Shown here: positions 37,766 to 48,800 of the stretch, piece by piece
How the letters are laid out: each line of letters starts with the position of its first letter
Numbering within the stretch: the stretch's first letter is position 1
Source: Oligoflexales bacterium
GTDB lineage: Bacteria; Bdellovibrionota_B; Oligoflexia; Oligoflexales; Bog-1112
Direction of reading: 5' to 3'
Assembly (NCBI GenBank): GCA_045106415.1
Contig: JBGCEP010000006.1
Location: 1 to 64,000, forward strand
Length of the DNA: 64,000 nt
Made by a program: the position numbers and the translations under genes
The notes under the pieces: generated by a model
The model's input: the letters and a program-made list of their open reading frames with translations, nothing else
What the model was told of the DNA's origin: nothing
The model's database searches: none

Positions 37766-38899
37766 GTGGAACGTTATCTTGTTGGAGTGCAGTTTCAAAC
37801 TGCAGGTAAAATTTATAGTTTTCTTCCTGGCAACCATGATGTTGCTGTGGGAGAAAGCGTGGTTGTTGAGTCAGATCGTGGTACAAGCTTGGCTCGAGTT
37901 GTGCGTATTCAATTTGATGAAGCGGATGAGGGTCTCGAGTATAAAGAGATTTTGAGAAAAGCGAACTCAAAAGATACGGAAGTGAGCACGCGTTTATTGC
38001 CTGAGGATGTTGTCGACTATACACGCAAAAAAGTTGTAGAACGAGAACTGGGAATGAAAGTTCTTAAGGCGGACGTGGTTTTTGGGGGTAATAAAGTTGT
38101 TGTTTATTTCACAGCTCCTGGTCGCGTAGATTTTAGAGAGCTTGTAAAAGATCTTGCTGGGGGACTCAAGACAAGAGTTGAGTTAAAGCAAGTAGGTGCG
38201 CGTGATGCGACAAAAGTCGTTGGTGGTGTGGGTGTGTGTGGTCGAGCATATTGCTGTTCGACTTTTTTACGTGAATTTGTGCCTGTTTCTATCAGAATGG
38301 CGAAAAACCAAAACCTTGCTTTAAATCCGATGAAAACAGCTGGTGCTTGTGGGCGGTTGTTATGTTGTTTAACCTATGAAGATGATACGTATACGCATTT
38401 AAGAAAACAACTCCCGCCGCGCGGTGTGTTGGTTAAATTTGAACAAGATGGTGTTAACGTTCGAGCTAAGGTTAAAAAGTCTGATCTTCTTAATCAAAAA
38501 GTTGTGGTTGAGGATGAAAGTGGGCAATCCTATCAAGTGAATGTCGCTGATATTGAAATACTAGGTGAAACCAAATCGGCTTCAGCTACTGCTTCTCCAG
38601 AAAAAAGAGCCTCAACCCCAGTTTCTGATGATGATTGGGCTGCAGACCTAGATTTAAGTGAGCTTCAAGACTTTTCTCAAAATAACCAAAAGAAGAAAAT
38701 GGAGCTCCAAAAGCAAGAACATTTTGATGCAAAACAAAAAGATAGTGGCCATAGAGGCGGGCAGAGGCCTAAAGCTCCTTCTAGAAGCTCAAGGTCACAA
38801 TATAAAAAGCCTTCTCATAAAACGAGTCAGGTGGATCCATCGAAATCGAGAGGTGATCAGAAGAAGCGCGGAGATCAAAAGGTGAGGCCTAAAAAATAA
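37766..38899 (+). CDS. ricT: PSP1-domain protein RicT/YaaT
   Basis: RVDFRELVKDLA, GVCGRAYCCSTFL, MAKNQNL, GACGRLLCCLTYE; disordered basic tail. Confidence 0.92.
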   Translation: MERYLVGVQFQTAGKIYSFLPGNHDVAVGESVVVESDRGTSLARVVRIQFDEADEGLEYKEILRKANSKDTEVSTRLLPEDVVDYTRKKVVERELGMKVLKADVVFGGNKVVVYFTAPGRVDFRELVKDLAGGLKTRVELKQVGARDATKVVGGVGVCGRAYCCSTFLREFVPVSIRMAKNQNLALNPMKTAGACGRLLCCLTYEDDTYTHLRKQLPPRGVLVKFEQDGVNVRAKVKKSDLLNQKVVVEDESGQSYQVNVADIEILGETKSASATASPEKRASTPVSDDDWAADLDLSELQDFSQNNQKKKMELQKQEHFDAKQKDSGHRGGQRPKAPSRSSRSQYKKPSHKTSQVDPSKSRGDQKKRGDQKVRPKK

Positions 38900-38936
38900 A
38901 AAAACCTCTGGGAGCGAACAACTCTCAGGGGTTTTT
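38900..38936. terminator. Bidirectional terminator between ricT and rlmN
   Basis: AAAAACCTCTGGGAG ... CTCTCAGGGGTTTTT. Confidence 0.75.
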
Positions 38937-38973
38937 TAGTATTTTATTTTATTTTAATATAATGTGAATATAC

Positions 38974-40047
38974 TTATCGTGAAACAACGTTTAAACGTCT
39001 TGGCTCACTATCAGGTTGTTGATGCTTTGCTGCAAGCTGTCCGCATGCAGCTGAAACTTCTAGGCCTTTGCTGTAACGAACAGGAGCAGGGTAGCCGCGT
39101 TTAGATAAAGAAGCCTGAAATTCACGGATACTTTCGTCATCAGGGCGTTGGTAAGGAAGACCTGGGTGACTATTAAACGGAATGAGGTTGATCTTTGCTT
39201 TTAACCCATGCAGAAAGTGCACAAGCTCGTTTGCATGCTGTTTGCCGCAATTAGTGTCTTTTATCAGGATGTACTCAATGGTGATTTTCTCACCTGTTTT
39301 TTTCTGATAATCCATCAAAGACTGCTTTAAAGCACTGAGCGGGTATTTTTTATTGATAGGCATAAGCGATGAGCGTAGTTCATCGTTGGTCGCGTGTAAA
39401 GAGACAGCAAGACTACAACGATTTTGCTCAGCTAGATCTCCAATTTTAGGAACAATCCCAGATGTGGAAACAGTGACACGACGAGCTGAAAGCCCAATGC
39501 GTTCAGTGAGGTGGTGAACTGAAGCACTTACGGCAGCGAAGTTGTCGAGAGGTTCTCCCATACCCATGTAAACGACGTGAGTGATTTTACGGCCCTCTTC
39601 GCGAACAATTGCATCCGCTTGATAAAATTGGCCGAGAATTTCTTCGGTTGGTAAATGTCTGAAAAAACCGAGTTTTCCCGTTTGACAGAAACTGCAAGCA
39701 AGCTTACAGCCAACTTGACTCGAAACACATAGGCTTGTTCTATCCTTGTAACGTAGAATAACGGTCTCTGTGAGTTGGTTTTTATCAGATTTGATAAGCA
39801 GGCGGCTTGCTCCGTCGGCTGAATCAAATCTTTTAACAATCTCAGGAAGTTCCCAGCGAACTGTTTCATCAAGTTTTTCTTTGAGCTTTTTTGGGAGGTT
39901 TGACATCTTTTCTAGACTACAAACACGTTCGTTGTCAATCCAATGCAAGACTTGCTTGCGTCGAAATTGAGGCTCGCCAGAAAGAATCTGGTCCCAGTCA
40001 GCTTGTTGTAATGTCAGTGCGTGCGGTTTATCCACGTTATGCTCCAT
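38974..40047 (-). CDS. rlmN: 23S rRNA m2A2503 / tRNA methyltransferase RlmN
   Basis: CVSSQVGCKLACSFCQTG, MGMGEPL, NLIPFN, AACGQL. Confidence 0.96.
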   Translation of the reverse strand: MEHNVDKPHALTLQQADWDQILSGEPQFRRKQVLHWIDNERVCSLEKMSNLPKKLKEKLDETVRWELPEIVKRFDSADGASRLLIKSDKNQLTETVILRYKDRTSLCVSSQVGCKLACSFCQTGKLGFFRHLPTEEILGQFYQADAIVREEGRKITHVVYMGMGEPLDNFAAVSASVHHLTERIGLSARRVTVSTSGIVPKIGDLAEQNRCSLAVSLHATNDELRSSLMPINKKYPLSALKQSLMDYQKKTGEKITIEYILIKDTNCGKQHANELVHFLHGLKAKINLIPFNSHPGLPYQRPDDESIREFQASLSKRGYPAPVRYSKGLEVSAACGQLAAKHQQPDSEPRRLNVVSR

Positions 40048-40179
40048 TGGGAGAGATGGAACACGAATATACTGGAAAATAAAATGTTGTCAAATCACTT
40101 GTCTAGTCTTTTCAAAGAAAGATCAAGTGAGTGTCGTTATGAATGTTTGAGTCATTAGGAGGAAGTGAATAGAAAATAT

Positions 40180-40758
40180 TTAGAGAAAGAACATCATTTG
40201 TATCATAGGATGGATGTTTTTTTCTGTGACAGGTGTAAATGATGTTGTTTCTTGCCCGTCGATAGATTGTTCAATGTAGGAAAGTTCTGAATAATACAAG
40301 CTTGGTCCAAGTTCACCCCATCCTGTTGAAAAAAGATAGCCAAGCTCCCAGATGTACCCACCGTCGCCGGAATGAGTTATGGTGCTGGCAGCAGATGTGA
40401 ATGTTTTCTCTGGGGGTAAAACACCCAAATATGTTGCGTTTCCAAACCAGTTGTTTTTTAAAAACCCGAGAGAAAGCCCAACGAAGGAAGTCGTGGTTTT
40501 TTGGTTTGATGCGTCAAGAAGTTGACGATAACCTCCTTTGATACCTATTGATATTCCGGATGCAAGTTGATGATGAAGGCCTAGTGTTGTGAAGTAATTC
40601 CTGCTGTTTACAGTGCTTGTACTGCCTTTAGGAATGATTTCAGATCTATGTAGAAAGCTTCCTAAAGAGAGCACTGTTTTTGCTACAAGTGATTGAGGTA
40701 GACTGAAGGCCATTAAGAGAAAAAGTGGAATAAAAATCTTCAATTTGAATCCTCTCAT
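40180..40758 (-). CDS. Putative small outer-membrane beta-barrel protein
   Basis: Signal peptide; alternating amphipathic strands rich in G/Y; aromatic residues at the C-terminus. Confidence 0.55.
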   Translation of the reverse strand: MRGFKLKIFIPLFLLMAFSLPQSLVAKTVLSLGSFLHRSEIIPKGSTSTVNSRNYFTTLGLHHQLASGISIGIKGGYRQLLDASNQKTTTSFVGLSLGFLKNNWFGNATYLGVLPPEKTFTSAASTITHSGDGGYIWELGYLFSTGWGELGPSLYYSELSYIEQSIDGQETTSFTPVTEKNIHPMIQMMFFL

Positions 40759-40804
40759 TTTTTGTCCGATACGATATATGTGTCACACTGAGGGATCGGA
40801 TGAT

Positions 40805-41506
40805 ATGAGAGGACTATTAAGAGGTCGTTGGAAAAAGGCTTTAAATAACACGAAGCAGCACCGAGAAAAATCCATTGATGAAAGCAAAACTCTTGTAAAA
40901 GAGCGTGAAAAAAAAGGAAGCACCACAAGTGAGCATAAATTGAGTGTTCACTCAGCTAAAAACCACAATGATACCAGCAGTCAATTTGAGTTTGGCAATG
41001 TGAAAGAAAGAGGTGAAAATATTGATTTAGAGCCTTCTGATATTACGCATTCCAGCAACCTCATTGAAAATGAAGAGCAAGAAATTGTATCTACTGCAGA
41101 GAAAATGGAGTTAAGCCCTGGTCCGAGAGTTCTTGTTCTTGATGATGATAATCAAATTCTAGAGATTGTGGGGAATATTATTTTGTCTGTTGGTGGAGTT
41201 CCTTTGAAAGCTTTGAATGGTGCTCATGCCATGGAATGGGTTGAAGTAGACAATATACAGCTAGTACTTCTTGACTTACATATGCCTGAAATGAATGGTG
41301 TCGATTTTTTAAAGGGAGTTCGTCGCATTGGTGCGTTATCGAATATTCCAATTTTTATCCTTACAGGGCGTCCAGATAAAAATATTCTAGAAAAATTAAA
41401 ACCATTAGGTGTGCATGGCTGTATCGTTAAACCGTTTCATCCAGATGACCTAAAAGATATGATTGCTCGTTATTTAAGTTTTTCAGATAATAGAGAGGCT
41501 GTTTGA
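40805..41506 (+). CDS. Response regulator (C-terminal receiver, disordered N-terminus)
   Basis: VLVLDDD, LLDLHMPEMNG, ILTG, IVKPF. Confidence 0.9.
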   Translation: MRGLLRGRWKKALNNTKQHREKSIDESKTLVKEREKKGSTTSEHKLSVHSAKNHNDTSSQFEFGNVKERGENIDLEPSDITHSSNLIENEEQEIVSTAEKMELSPGPRVLVLDDDNQILEIVGNIILSVGGVPLKALNGAHAMEWVEVDNIQLVLLDLHMPEMNGVDFLKGVRRIGALSNIPIFILTGRPDKNILEKLKPLGVHGCIVKPFHPDDLKDMIARYLSFSDNREAV

Positions 41507-43437
41507 TTATGCTGGATAGTTTATGGCAAGAGAAAACAGCATCTGTTGTTATTGTTGATCCTTCTGAGAAAATTAGCGAATTGCATAGGGTATATGTTGA
41601 AGAAGGAGGATTTTCAAACATACAGTGTTTTTCAGATATTGATGACATCGTTGAACTTATTGAAAAACAAGCCGTCGACTGGTTGATTATGTCTTCTTTT
41701 TCAGAGAAAAACCTAAACATTCTTCAAATTTTAGAAAGAACTTGTAAACCTGGTTTATGGTATGGAATTCGAGTGACCTGGCTTATGGACTCTTCGGAAG
41801 ATAAGGATCTTTTAGAACAAGGAATATCCAAAGGTCTTTTTTATGCACAAAAACGCATGACTAAAAAAGACTTGGTTAAAAAAAAATGGGAAGATTTTTT
41901 TAAAAAAGCAGAAGACTGTGGCTGGGATCGCTTGAAAATGTCTGCCTCCTTATTGCGGAGGGTTTTAAGAGGGGATCGTGGACGGCTCATTAAGTTTGAA
42001 AAAAATTACCAGCGTATTTTACCAGCTGACGTTGATAGCTGGTTGAGCTTGATTCCTGTAGAAGCTGAACGCACGGAGGAAGTTTCTTATGCTCAATTAG
42101 ATCTGATAAATATTGTGTTTCCAAACAGAAGTATGGAATGTCAAGATCTAAAAAACCGCTTTAAAGACTCTGAGGCCGGAGTCGATTTTTTTTCTTCAGT
42201 CTGTAAAGTTTATTTTCAATTTCAGAATAAAAATTTCAAAAAAAGTTTTTTCAAAAGTATGGAAAATATGAATCTATTTCATGCTCTTGAAAAAATTCCA
42301 GAAGACCTTTCCTGTTGGGACTTTCTACGTGACATTGATAAAAATTCTCTGGTTGCTTTAGAGGGGAGTGTTAAACAAGCGCGTCTTATTAGTGAATTTA
42401 TAAGAGCGCAAAGGCTTCTTGATATCCCTATTCTTTACTATTCTGATGGCCTTGATCATGATGATGCGCGATTACTGTCGCATGTTGGAGTTGTTGATGT
42501 TGGGAATGTCATTTGGAATGAATCTCAAGTTTCTTTAATGTTTTGTGAGGCTGTGTCAGAATGGATAACCCCAAGAGCAGATGATGTTGTTGTTCAAAAG
42601 GCAAAACAAAAAGCTCTCTACCAACAAGGGTATGAAACTATTTATAAATGCCGCTTTGCAGGTGATATTGCACACGATGCTGAAGGTCTTCTTGATGTCG
42701 CAAATGATAAGGATAGCCAAAGCGCAACTTTAGGGCCTGAAATACCAGCGTTAAGACTCATCCAAAAGGGTGATTTTGCACAAGCTGTTCATAGGCTAGG
42801 ATCTTGGGATGTGAACCAGATGACTTGTTATCATGGGTGCCTTCTTGCTTGGGCTTTGTTTTGCCAAGGCCAGAAAAAAGAAGCGTACTCATTATTAGAG
42901 AAGGTTATCAAATCGGTTCCAAAAGGGTTTTTACTACCAGGTATTTATAAAATTGTTTTTGATACTTTAGAAAATCAAGCTGGAATAGAAAGAAGAATAA
43001 GAGAAACAAGCTCTAGGAAGCTCTATTTCCACCTTTTAACTGAATACACAAATGTAGTGTCTCAATCTATCGATGACATAGAAAAAACATGGAGAAGCTG
43101 TTTAAAATCTCTTCCTGAAGAGTTTTTAGAAGATCAAATTTCTGCTCTTTATAATTTATGTTTAGCTTTTGCAAAACAGCAAAGATGGTCACAGGCACGA
43201 CGAGAAATTAAATTTGCTCTGAAAATAGAATCTCCTTTTTTAAAAAAAGAGATGGTTTCCCTGGATAAGAGGCTCGAAGAGTGTATGAAAACAAAAAAGA
43301 ACTTTGTACCCCTTGTTGAGAAGAAGAAGCAGTATCATAGCTATTTTTATGGACGTTTTGGATGTTTTCGTGTTTTTATGGATCCCGTGAAAACGGTTTC
43401 CAGTCAAAATATGATGAAAAAAAGAAAACCAGCTTGA
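41503..43437 (+). CDS. Hypothetical protein with degenerate receiver-like domain(s) and TPR-like C-terminus
   Basis: N-terminal VVIVDP...VDWLIMS pattern; C-terminal ALYNLCLAFAK TPR-like helix; overlaps the regulator stop. Confidence 0.55.
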   Translation: MIMLDSLWQEKTASVVIVDPSEKISELHRVYVEEGGFSNIQCFSDIDDIVELIEKQAVDWLIMSSFSEKNLNILQILERTCKPGLWYGIRVTWLMDSSEDKDLLEQGISKGLFYAQKRMTKKDLVKKKWEDFFKKAEDCGWDRLKMSASLLRRVLRGDRGRLIKFEKNYQRILPADVDSWLSLIPVEAERTEEVSYAQLDLINIVFPNRSMECQDLKNRFKDSEAGVDFFSSVCKVYFQFQNKNFKKSFFKSMENMNLFHALEKIPEDLSCWDFLRDIDKNSLVALEGSVKQARLISEFIRAQRLLDIPILYYSDGLDHDDARLLSHVGVVDVGNVIWNESQVSLMFCEAVSEWITPRADDVVVQKAKQKALYQQGYETIYKCRFAGDIAHDAEGLLDVANDKDSQSATLGPEIPALRLIQKGDFAQAVHRLGSWDVNQMTCYHGCLLAWALFCQGQKKEAYSLLEKVIKSVPKGFLLPGIYKIVFDTLENQAGIERRIRETSSRKLYFHLLTEYTNVVSQSIDDIEKTWRSCLKSLPEEFLEDQISALYNLCLAFAKQQRWSQARREIKFALKIESPFLKKEMVSLDKRLEECMKTKKNFVPLVEKKKQYHSYFYGRFGCFRVFMDPVKTVSSQNMMKKRKPA

Positions 43438-43449
43438 AGCTGGCTTTCG

Positions 43450-44358
43450 TTATTTTTTAAGACCTACTTTTTCGAGCATGGAACCAATAGATGTGAGATC
43501 TGCAGGGAGAATGATTTCAGTCTTTTCTTGTTTGAGGCCTCTTAATGATTCGATGAATTTCTCTGTAAGCTGAAGCTGAATGGCTTGTTTGCCGCTGGGT
43601 AGCTCGATATTGTGAGCGATTTTAGTGATTGAGGCTGCTGTTGCATCTGCGATTGCTCGTATTTCAGCTGCCGCACCTTCTGCTTCATTGATTATTTTTT
43701 GCTTTTGACCCTCACTGTGATTGATCATCTCCTGCCTTGTTCCTTCCGCTCTGTTGATTCTAGACTGCTTTCCACCTTCGGCTTGAGCGAGAATAGCTCT
43801 CTTTTCACGGTCGGCAGCGACTTGTTTTTCCATAGAATTGTGGACACTGGAGGGAGGCTGTATGTTTTTGATTTCATAGCGATGAACTCGAATGCCCCAT
43901 TCTGAGGCTGTTTGATCTAAAACATCAACAACTTTATTGCTGATCATAGACCTCTCTTCAAAGGTTCGGTCTAAGGTGAGAGTTCCGACTATAGAACGAG
44001 TGGTTGTTTGAGCAAGTTGCATTGAAGCGTACTTGTAGTTTACAACACCGTAGTAGCTTCGACTTGGTTCCAGAACAGAAATATATATCACCCCATCTAC
44101 AAGAACTTTTACTTCGTCTTTTGTAAAAATTTCTTGTGGGGGAACATGAATAGCTTCTTCTTTAAGTGAGAGCTTTCCAACTGCCTGATCGATGAAAGGC
44201 AGAAGAATATGGAAGCCTGCTCCTAACGTTGAGTGATATTTCCCTAGCCTTTCAACGATGACAGCACTTTTTTGAGGTACCAGCTGAAGAGAACGAACAA
44301 GGTTATAAATTAAAGTAGCAAAGATAGTCGTCCAGATGAGAAGGCTTAACATATTCAT
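43450..44358 (-). CDS. SPFH/stomatin-like protein (paralog 2)
   Basis: VERLGKY...GFHILLPFID, TKDEV, LAQTTTRS, WGIRVHRYEIKNI. Confidence 0.93.
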   Translation of the reverse strand: MNMLSLLIWTTIFATLIYNLVRSLQLVPQKSAVIVERLGKYHSTLGAGFHILLPFIDQAVGKLSLKEEAIHVPPQEIFTKDEVKVLVDGVIYISVLEPSRSYYGVVNYKYASMQLAQTTTRSIVGTLTLDRTFEERSMISNKVVDVLDQTASEWGIRVHRYEIKNIQPPSSVHNSMEKQVAADREKRAILAQAEGGKQSRINRAEGTRQEMINHSEGQKQKIINEAEGAAAEIRAIADATAASITKIAHNIELPSGKQAIQLQLTEKFIESLRGLKQEKTEIILPADLTSIGSMLEKVGLKK

Positions 44359-45293
44359 GATGGTGTCTCCGCGTGATTTAGGGATTGAGATACTTGTCCT
44401 ATGCCCTCAAAAAACCCATGCATTTGAGCAAGACTTTCAGGAACAATTTTGACATTTGCTGTTGTAATTATTTTTTCATATTCGGTAATAAATTGATCTG
44501 TAACACGAGCTTGTACAGCATGAGCCCCTCCAGGAGTGTTGATAGCTTCTGCGACCTTTTCAATGCTATATGCTGTGGCTTCTGCAATAATTGAAATATG
44601 AGCGGCTCGACCCTCAGCTTCGTTAATTCTTTTTTGTTTCTCGCCCTCTGAAATTGCGATGCTTTCTTGTCTTTCACCCTCTGAGAGTAAAGAAACAGAT
44701 TCTTTATGAGCAGAAGCTAATGTTACTTCTGCTCTTCTTTCTCTTTCTGCCTCCATAGCTTTTTCGAGCGTATGTATAATTTGTTCGCTTGGAGTAATGT
44801 TCATGAGCTCATAGCGTAGAACTTTGATGCCCCATGAGCTTGAAGCTTTATCAATTTCTTGAACGATCATATTATTTAATTTCTCTCTTTCCGAGAAAGT
44901 CGCGTGTAGGTCAAGTTTGCCAATCTCTGACCGCATAGTCGTTTGTGCTAAATTCACAGCTGCTAATGTGTAGTTCTCAATGCCGTATGATGCAAGCTTA
45001 GGGTCCATAACTTTTAGATAAATAACCCCGTCGACTTCAAGTTGAATATTATCTTTTGTAATACAAGACTGTGAAGGGACATCAATAACCTGTTCTCTGA
45101 TTTCATGTCGATATGCAACACGATCGAAAAAAGGAATGAGAATGTGGAGCCCTGGAGTCATAATACCCGCAAACCTACCTAATCGTTCTTTGACATAAGC
45201 GTGGCGCCCTGGGACGACTATTGCTGTGTGAATGAGAAGAATACCTAAGATAACTAAAGAGATGGTGAGTATTAAAAAATTACTATCAGTCAT
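44355..45293 (-). CDS. SPFH/stomatin-like protein (paralog 1)
   Basis: ERLGRF...PGLHILIPFFD, CITKDN, LAQTTMRSEIG, WGIKVLRYE. Confidence 0.93.
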   Translation of the reverse strand: MTDSNFLILTISLVILGILLIHTAIVVPGRHAYVKERLGRFAGIMTPGLHILIPFFDRVAYRHEIREQVIDVPSQSCITKDNIQLEVDGVIYLKVMDPKLASYGIENYTLAAVNLAQTTMRSEIGKLDLHATFSEREKLNNMIVQEIDKASSSWGIKVLRYELMNITPSEQIIHTLEKAMEAERERRAEVTLASAHKESVSLLSEGERQESIAISEGEKQKRINEAEGRAAHISIIAEATAYSIEKVAEAINTPGGAHAVQARVTDQFITEYEKIITTANVKIVPESLAQMHGFFEGIGQVSQSLNHAETPS

Positions 45294-45762
45294 GCTTTTT
45301 TTCCTGTGAAAGAGGTTCAACTATCCAAAAAATCCCGTCTCTTTTTACAATAGTGGCGAATGAACCTTTTGGAAGATGTTTTTTTTCTGTTTTTGCATTC
45401 CAAGTACTCCCTCGGTACTCAATGCGTCCAGATGTTGTTGTGGCATCTATATCTTCAATAATAAGGACTTGAGTACCAACGGCAATGCTATCATCTTCAA
45501 TATTATCTTTCCACTGGTCACCTGGCGCAAGATGAGCGACAGCGTTTCTTAAAGTGACTAAAAGTACGGAAGAGGTAACAACCCACCACAATAGCATTGT
45601 CATGAATCCATCTATCCACCCCATCCAAATTCCCCCAGCAACAATAAGTGCAGCTAGGCCTAAAAAGATGGCTATAAGTCCAGGTAACAGCATTTCTGAA
45701 AGAGACAAGATAATCGCAAAAACGATCCAATAAAGGATCCATGAATGAAATGAGTTTTCCAT
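45286..45762 (-). CDS. NfeD-family protein (short form)
   Basis: Hydrophobic N-terminus with SEMLLPG; OB-fold GRIEYRGSTWNA; upstream of the SPFH genes. Confidence 0.9.
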   Translation of the reverse strand: MENSFHSWILYWIVFAIILSLSEMLLPGLIAIFLGLAALIVAGGIWMGWIDGFMTMLLWWVVTSSVLLVTLRNAVAHLAPGDQWKDNIEDDSIAVGTQVLIIEDIDATTTSGRIEYRGSTWNAKTEKKHLPKGSFATIVKRDGIFWIVEPLSQEKKHD

Positions 45763-45830
45763 GATAAGACTCTTAAATGGTTCAACTATACTATGAACGT
45801 TGTTAAAAAAATTTGCAATATGTAAAATGA

Positions 45831-48800
45831 TTGAGATTTACTGAAAAAGTGAGAGCTCTTGTGAAAATGATATTGTTTTTCTTAGTTTTTAATATTCTTA
45901 GCAGCTGTGAACAAATACCTGACTCAGAATTAAGTGTCACCAAACTTATGATGGATGTTGATCATCTCTTAAAATTGACAGCGTCAGATCAAGAAATTGT
46001 CATCCCGAGAAATATACCGGAGGGCGCGACACTTAGCGCAAAAGGCTGGTTTTCTTGGCGCCCAGAATCATCACGAGTGCATCACAATGAGTTGATTGAA
46101 GTTTTATATTGGCTTAAAAAAAATGATGAAAAAATCATACAGAAAAGTCTGTTTTTTCAGATTGTGTCATTTGATGAATCTTTGAAGAAATCAGAAGAGT
46201 TAGTTTGTTTAAGAGATTTTAAATTTAAAAAAAATCACCCACATCAAAAATTTTTACTTTTACAAAATCAACCCTTAAATGAAATTATATATAAAAAATC
46301 TATCCATATAATTTCACAGGAAAATAATGAAAACTCTTTATATGAGGTTGATTTAACTTGTGTCTCTCACCCTGATGAAGTGACTGAAGAAAAAAAAGAA
46401 TTTAAGAAATCACACCATGTTTTACTTTTGAATAATTTTTCAACCTGGGATTTTAACCCAGAAGGGAATAAATATGATTATGCGATTGAGAAAGGAGGTA
46501 TAGGTCTTCATTTATCTGAAGATGGTTATCTCCATTTCAAATCAGACATAAGCCAAAAAAAACAACATCCAACAATGATTTCTTTTTGGGTAACAGATGG
46601 TTTTTCTTCATGGAGAGAGCAGGCTCTTATCCGTTTTGACAAGAAGTGCGAAAAGATAGAACACCAGTATTCTCAAGTAAATTCTCCCCGTGTGAATTTT
46701 AGAGATAGAGGAATTGATTATTTTGCTAGTAAGTTTGACCAAAAATCATGTGTGCAAAAAATATTTAATGTAAAGACTCAAGGGGAATTTCCTAATGTGT
46801 TGTGGGAGATAATTCAAAATCAAGGAACTGCAATGCAGTCTATTGTTATAAAAACTTCTCCATATAAAGGTTATTTGAATATTTCATTAAATCCACAGAT
46901 AGATTTTGAGAAAGATATTTTGAGTTTAGATAAAAAGTCTGAATTAGAATGGGTGATTTCTTTTTTACCTGGCCCAGGTTCAGGTGAAAGAAATATTTCT
47001 TTTATTGCTGATAATGGGAGAAGCAAAAAAATATTTCATATCAAGACTCATGTTGAAGAAATTAAAACAAAAAAGTCGCTTTCATCAACGTTTCATACTC
47101 ATGGTGGATTGAAATTATATCTTATTAAAGATTTGGATAAGAATAAACATTTATCAGTTTCAGATCAATTGAAAGAATACTTACATTTATATAGAATTAA
47201 TCAAATAAATTTGATTTTAAATCGTAAAAAAGAGAGTTTTTTGGGGTCTCATTATATTTATGACTTCTACCGTGAGGGGAAAAAATACTTAGATCAAAAT
47301 TTTATCGTGTCAACTTATAGAAATGAAATTCAACAGGAAATTATTTATTCTATTTACAATGGAATTATGTCGCTTTCTGATGAATTTGGATCTAGCGGTC
47401 AAGAAAACACCTTTTTTTCGGGTCGAAGAGAAGTGAGAAGAGAAGTATCAAGGCTTAAAAATCCACCTGTTTCTGTCGAGTATTTAAAAGATGTTCATAC
47501 AGAAGAAGTTCTTTCAAAATCAATGCTTTCTTCTAGCCGTTATCAAATTTATTTGCCTCGTAATTTACACCAAAATAATACTTTAAGAGCAACGTATCAG
47601 AATCATCTTAAAATCGATAGGTCAACGGAACTTACTTCCGGGAGGGCTCTCGTTTTTGAAATAAGTCCTTTTTTCTCTTTGAAAGATCCTTTATTAAGTG
47701 ATTCAAGCCCTCATGAATTGTTTTATCAAGCCTACCAATGGCGTTCTCTTAAAAATATACAATTAGACCGTGGGATTTTTAAATTAGCAGGACCAAGGGT
47801 TCAGATACTTGATCGCCAAGCACCTTTCACAGGGCAAGGTGATCAGTCTCATGATGTATGGAAAAAAGGGAGAGGATCAACGAGTTGGCTTGCCGCACAA
47901 ACTTATTATCATTTGGACTCAATGCTAGGTTATCTTGAGAAAATAGGTTTTTCTGAGGATAAGACTTTAGTTTCTTATCCTCTTACTGCAGATCCAGACG
48001 CTATGAATGGAAGTGATAATTCATCATATGACCCTGTTTTAAAATCATTGTTTTTTGGTAGAGGAGGAGTTGATGATGCAGAAGATCCGGATGTAATTAT
48101 TCATGAACTCACACATGCGTTGCTAGATTCTATGATTCCAAATTTTAAGGGTGGAGATAGTGGTGCTATTGGTGAAGGTGCTGGAGATGATTTAGCTGTC
48201 TCTTACAGGAGAAGGCATAGTATTTCGCATGACGTAAATTCTAAAATTTTTTCATGGGATGGCATGCACTCATGGGGAGGGAGAAGAACAAATGTACTTT
48301 ATAGTTTTTATAATCACGGTGTTGATCACGACGCACACATGGATATGGGAGGATTTTTAAGTGATGAACTTTGGTCAACCCCCCTTGTGACAGCAAGAGA
48401 AATTCTCTTAAAAAAAGGTTATTCACATGAAATTCTAGATAGAGTTATTCTGCAAGGTTATCTTGGTATTGGTTATTCCCCTAAAATGAGAGATGTTGCA
48501 ACACATATCGTACATGTTGCAAAAATTATGGGATATGAAGAGATTGCTGAGGTGTTTTTAGATCGGTTTCACTGGCATGGAATTTTATCCGATAAAACAA
48601 AGAAGATTTTTTTAAAAGTCGGAAAAAATCAGGGATTGTGGGCTTCAAACAAAAAAATAAAAATACCTTTACATCTTGCGAATTATAGTTCTCAAGATTT
48701 AGAGAGCAGTATGGTTTTTATTTCTGGAGAAAAAATTCAAGTTCCTCCTCTTTTTATTCCAAAACTAAAATCAGCAGAGAATAAAAATATTTTTGTTGAT

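Noticed and set aside
6508..40772. Further CGAT/CGAA boxes upstream of htrA (6508), the TPR gene (11927), the histidine kinase (19832), a lipoprotein (34156) and the response regulator (40765)
   Set aside because: The -10-like box is present but there is no convincing -35 at 11-12 nt spacing, so these were not counted as sigma28 promoters.
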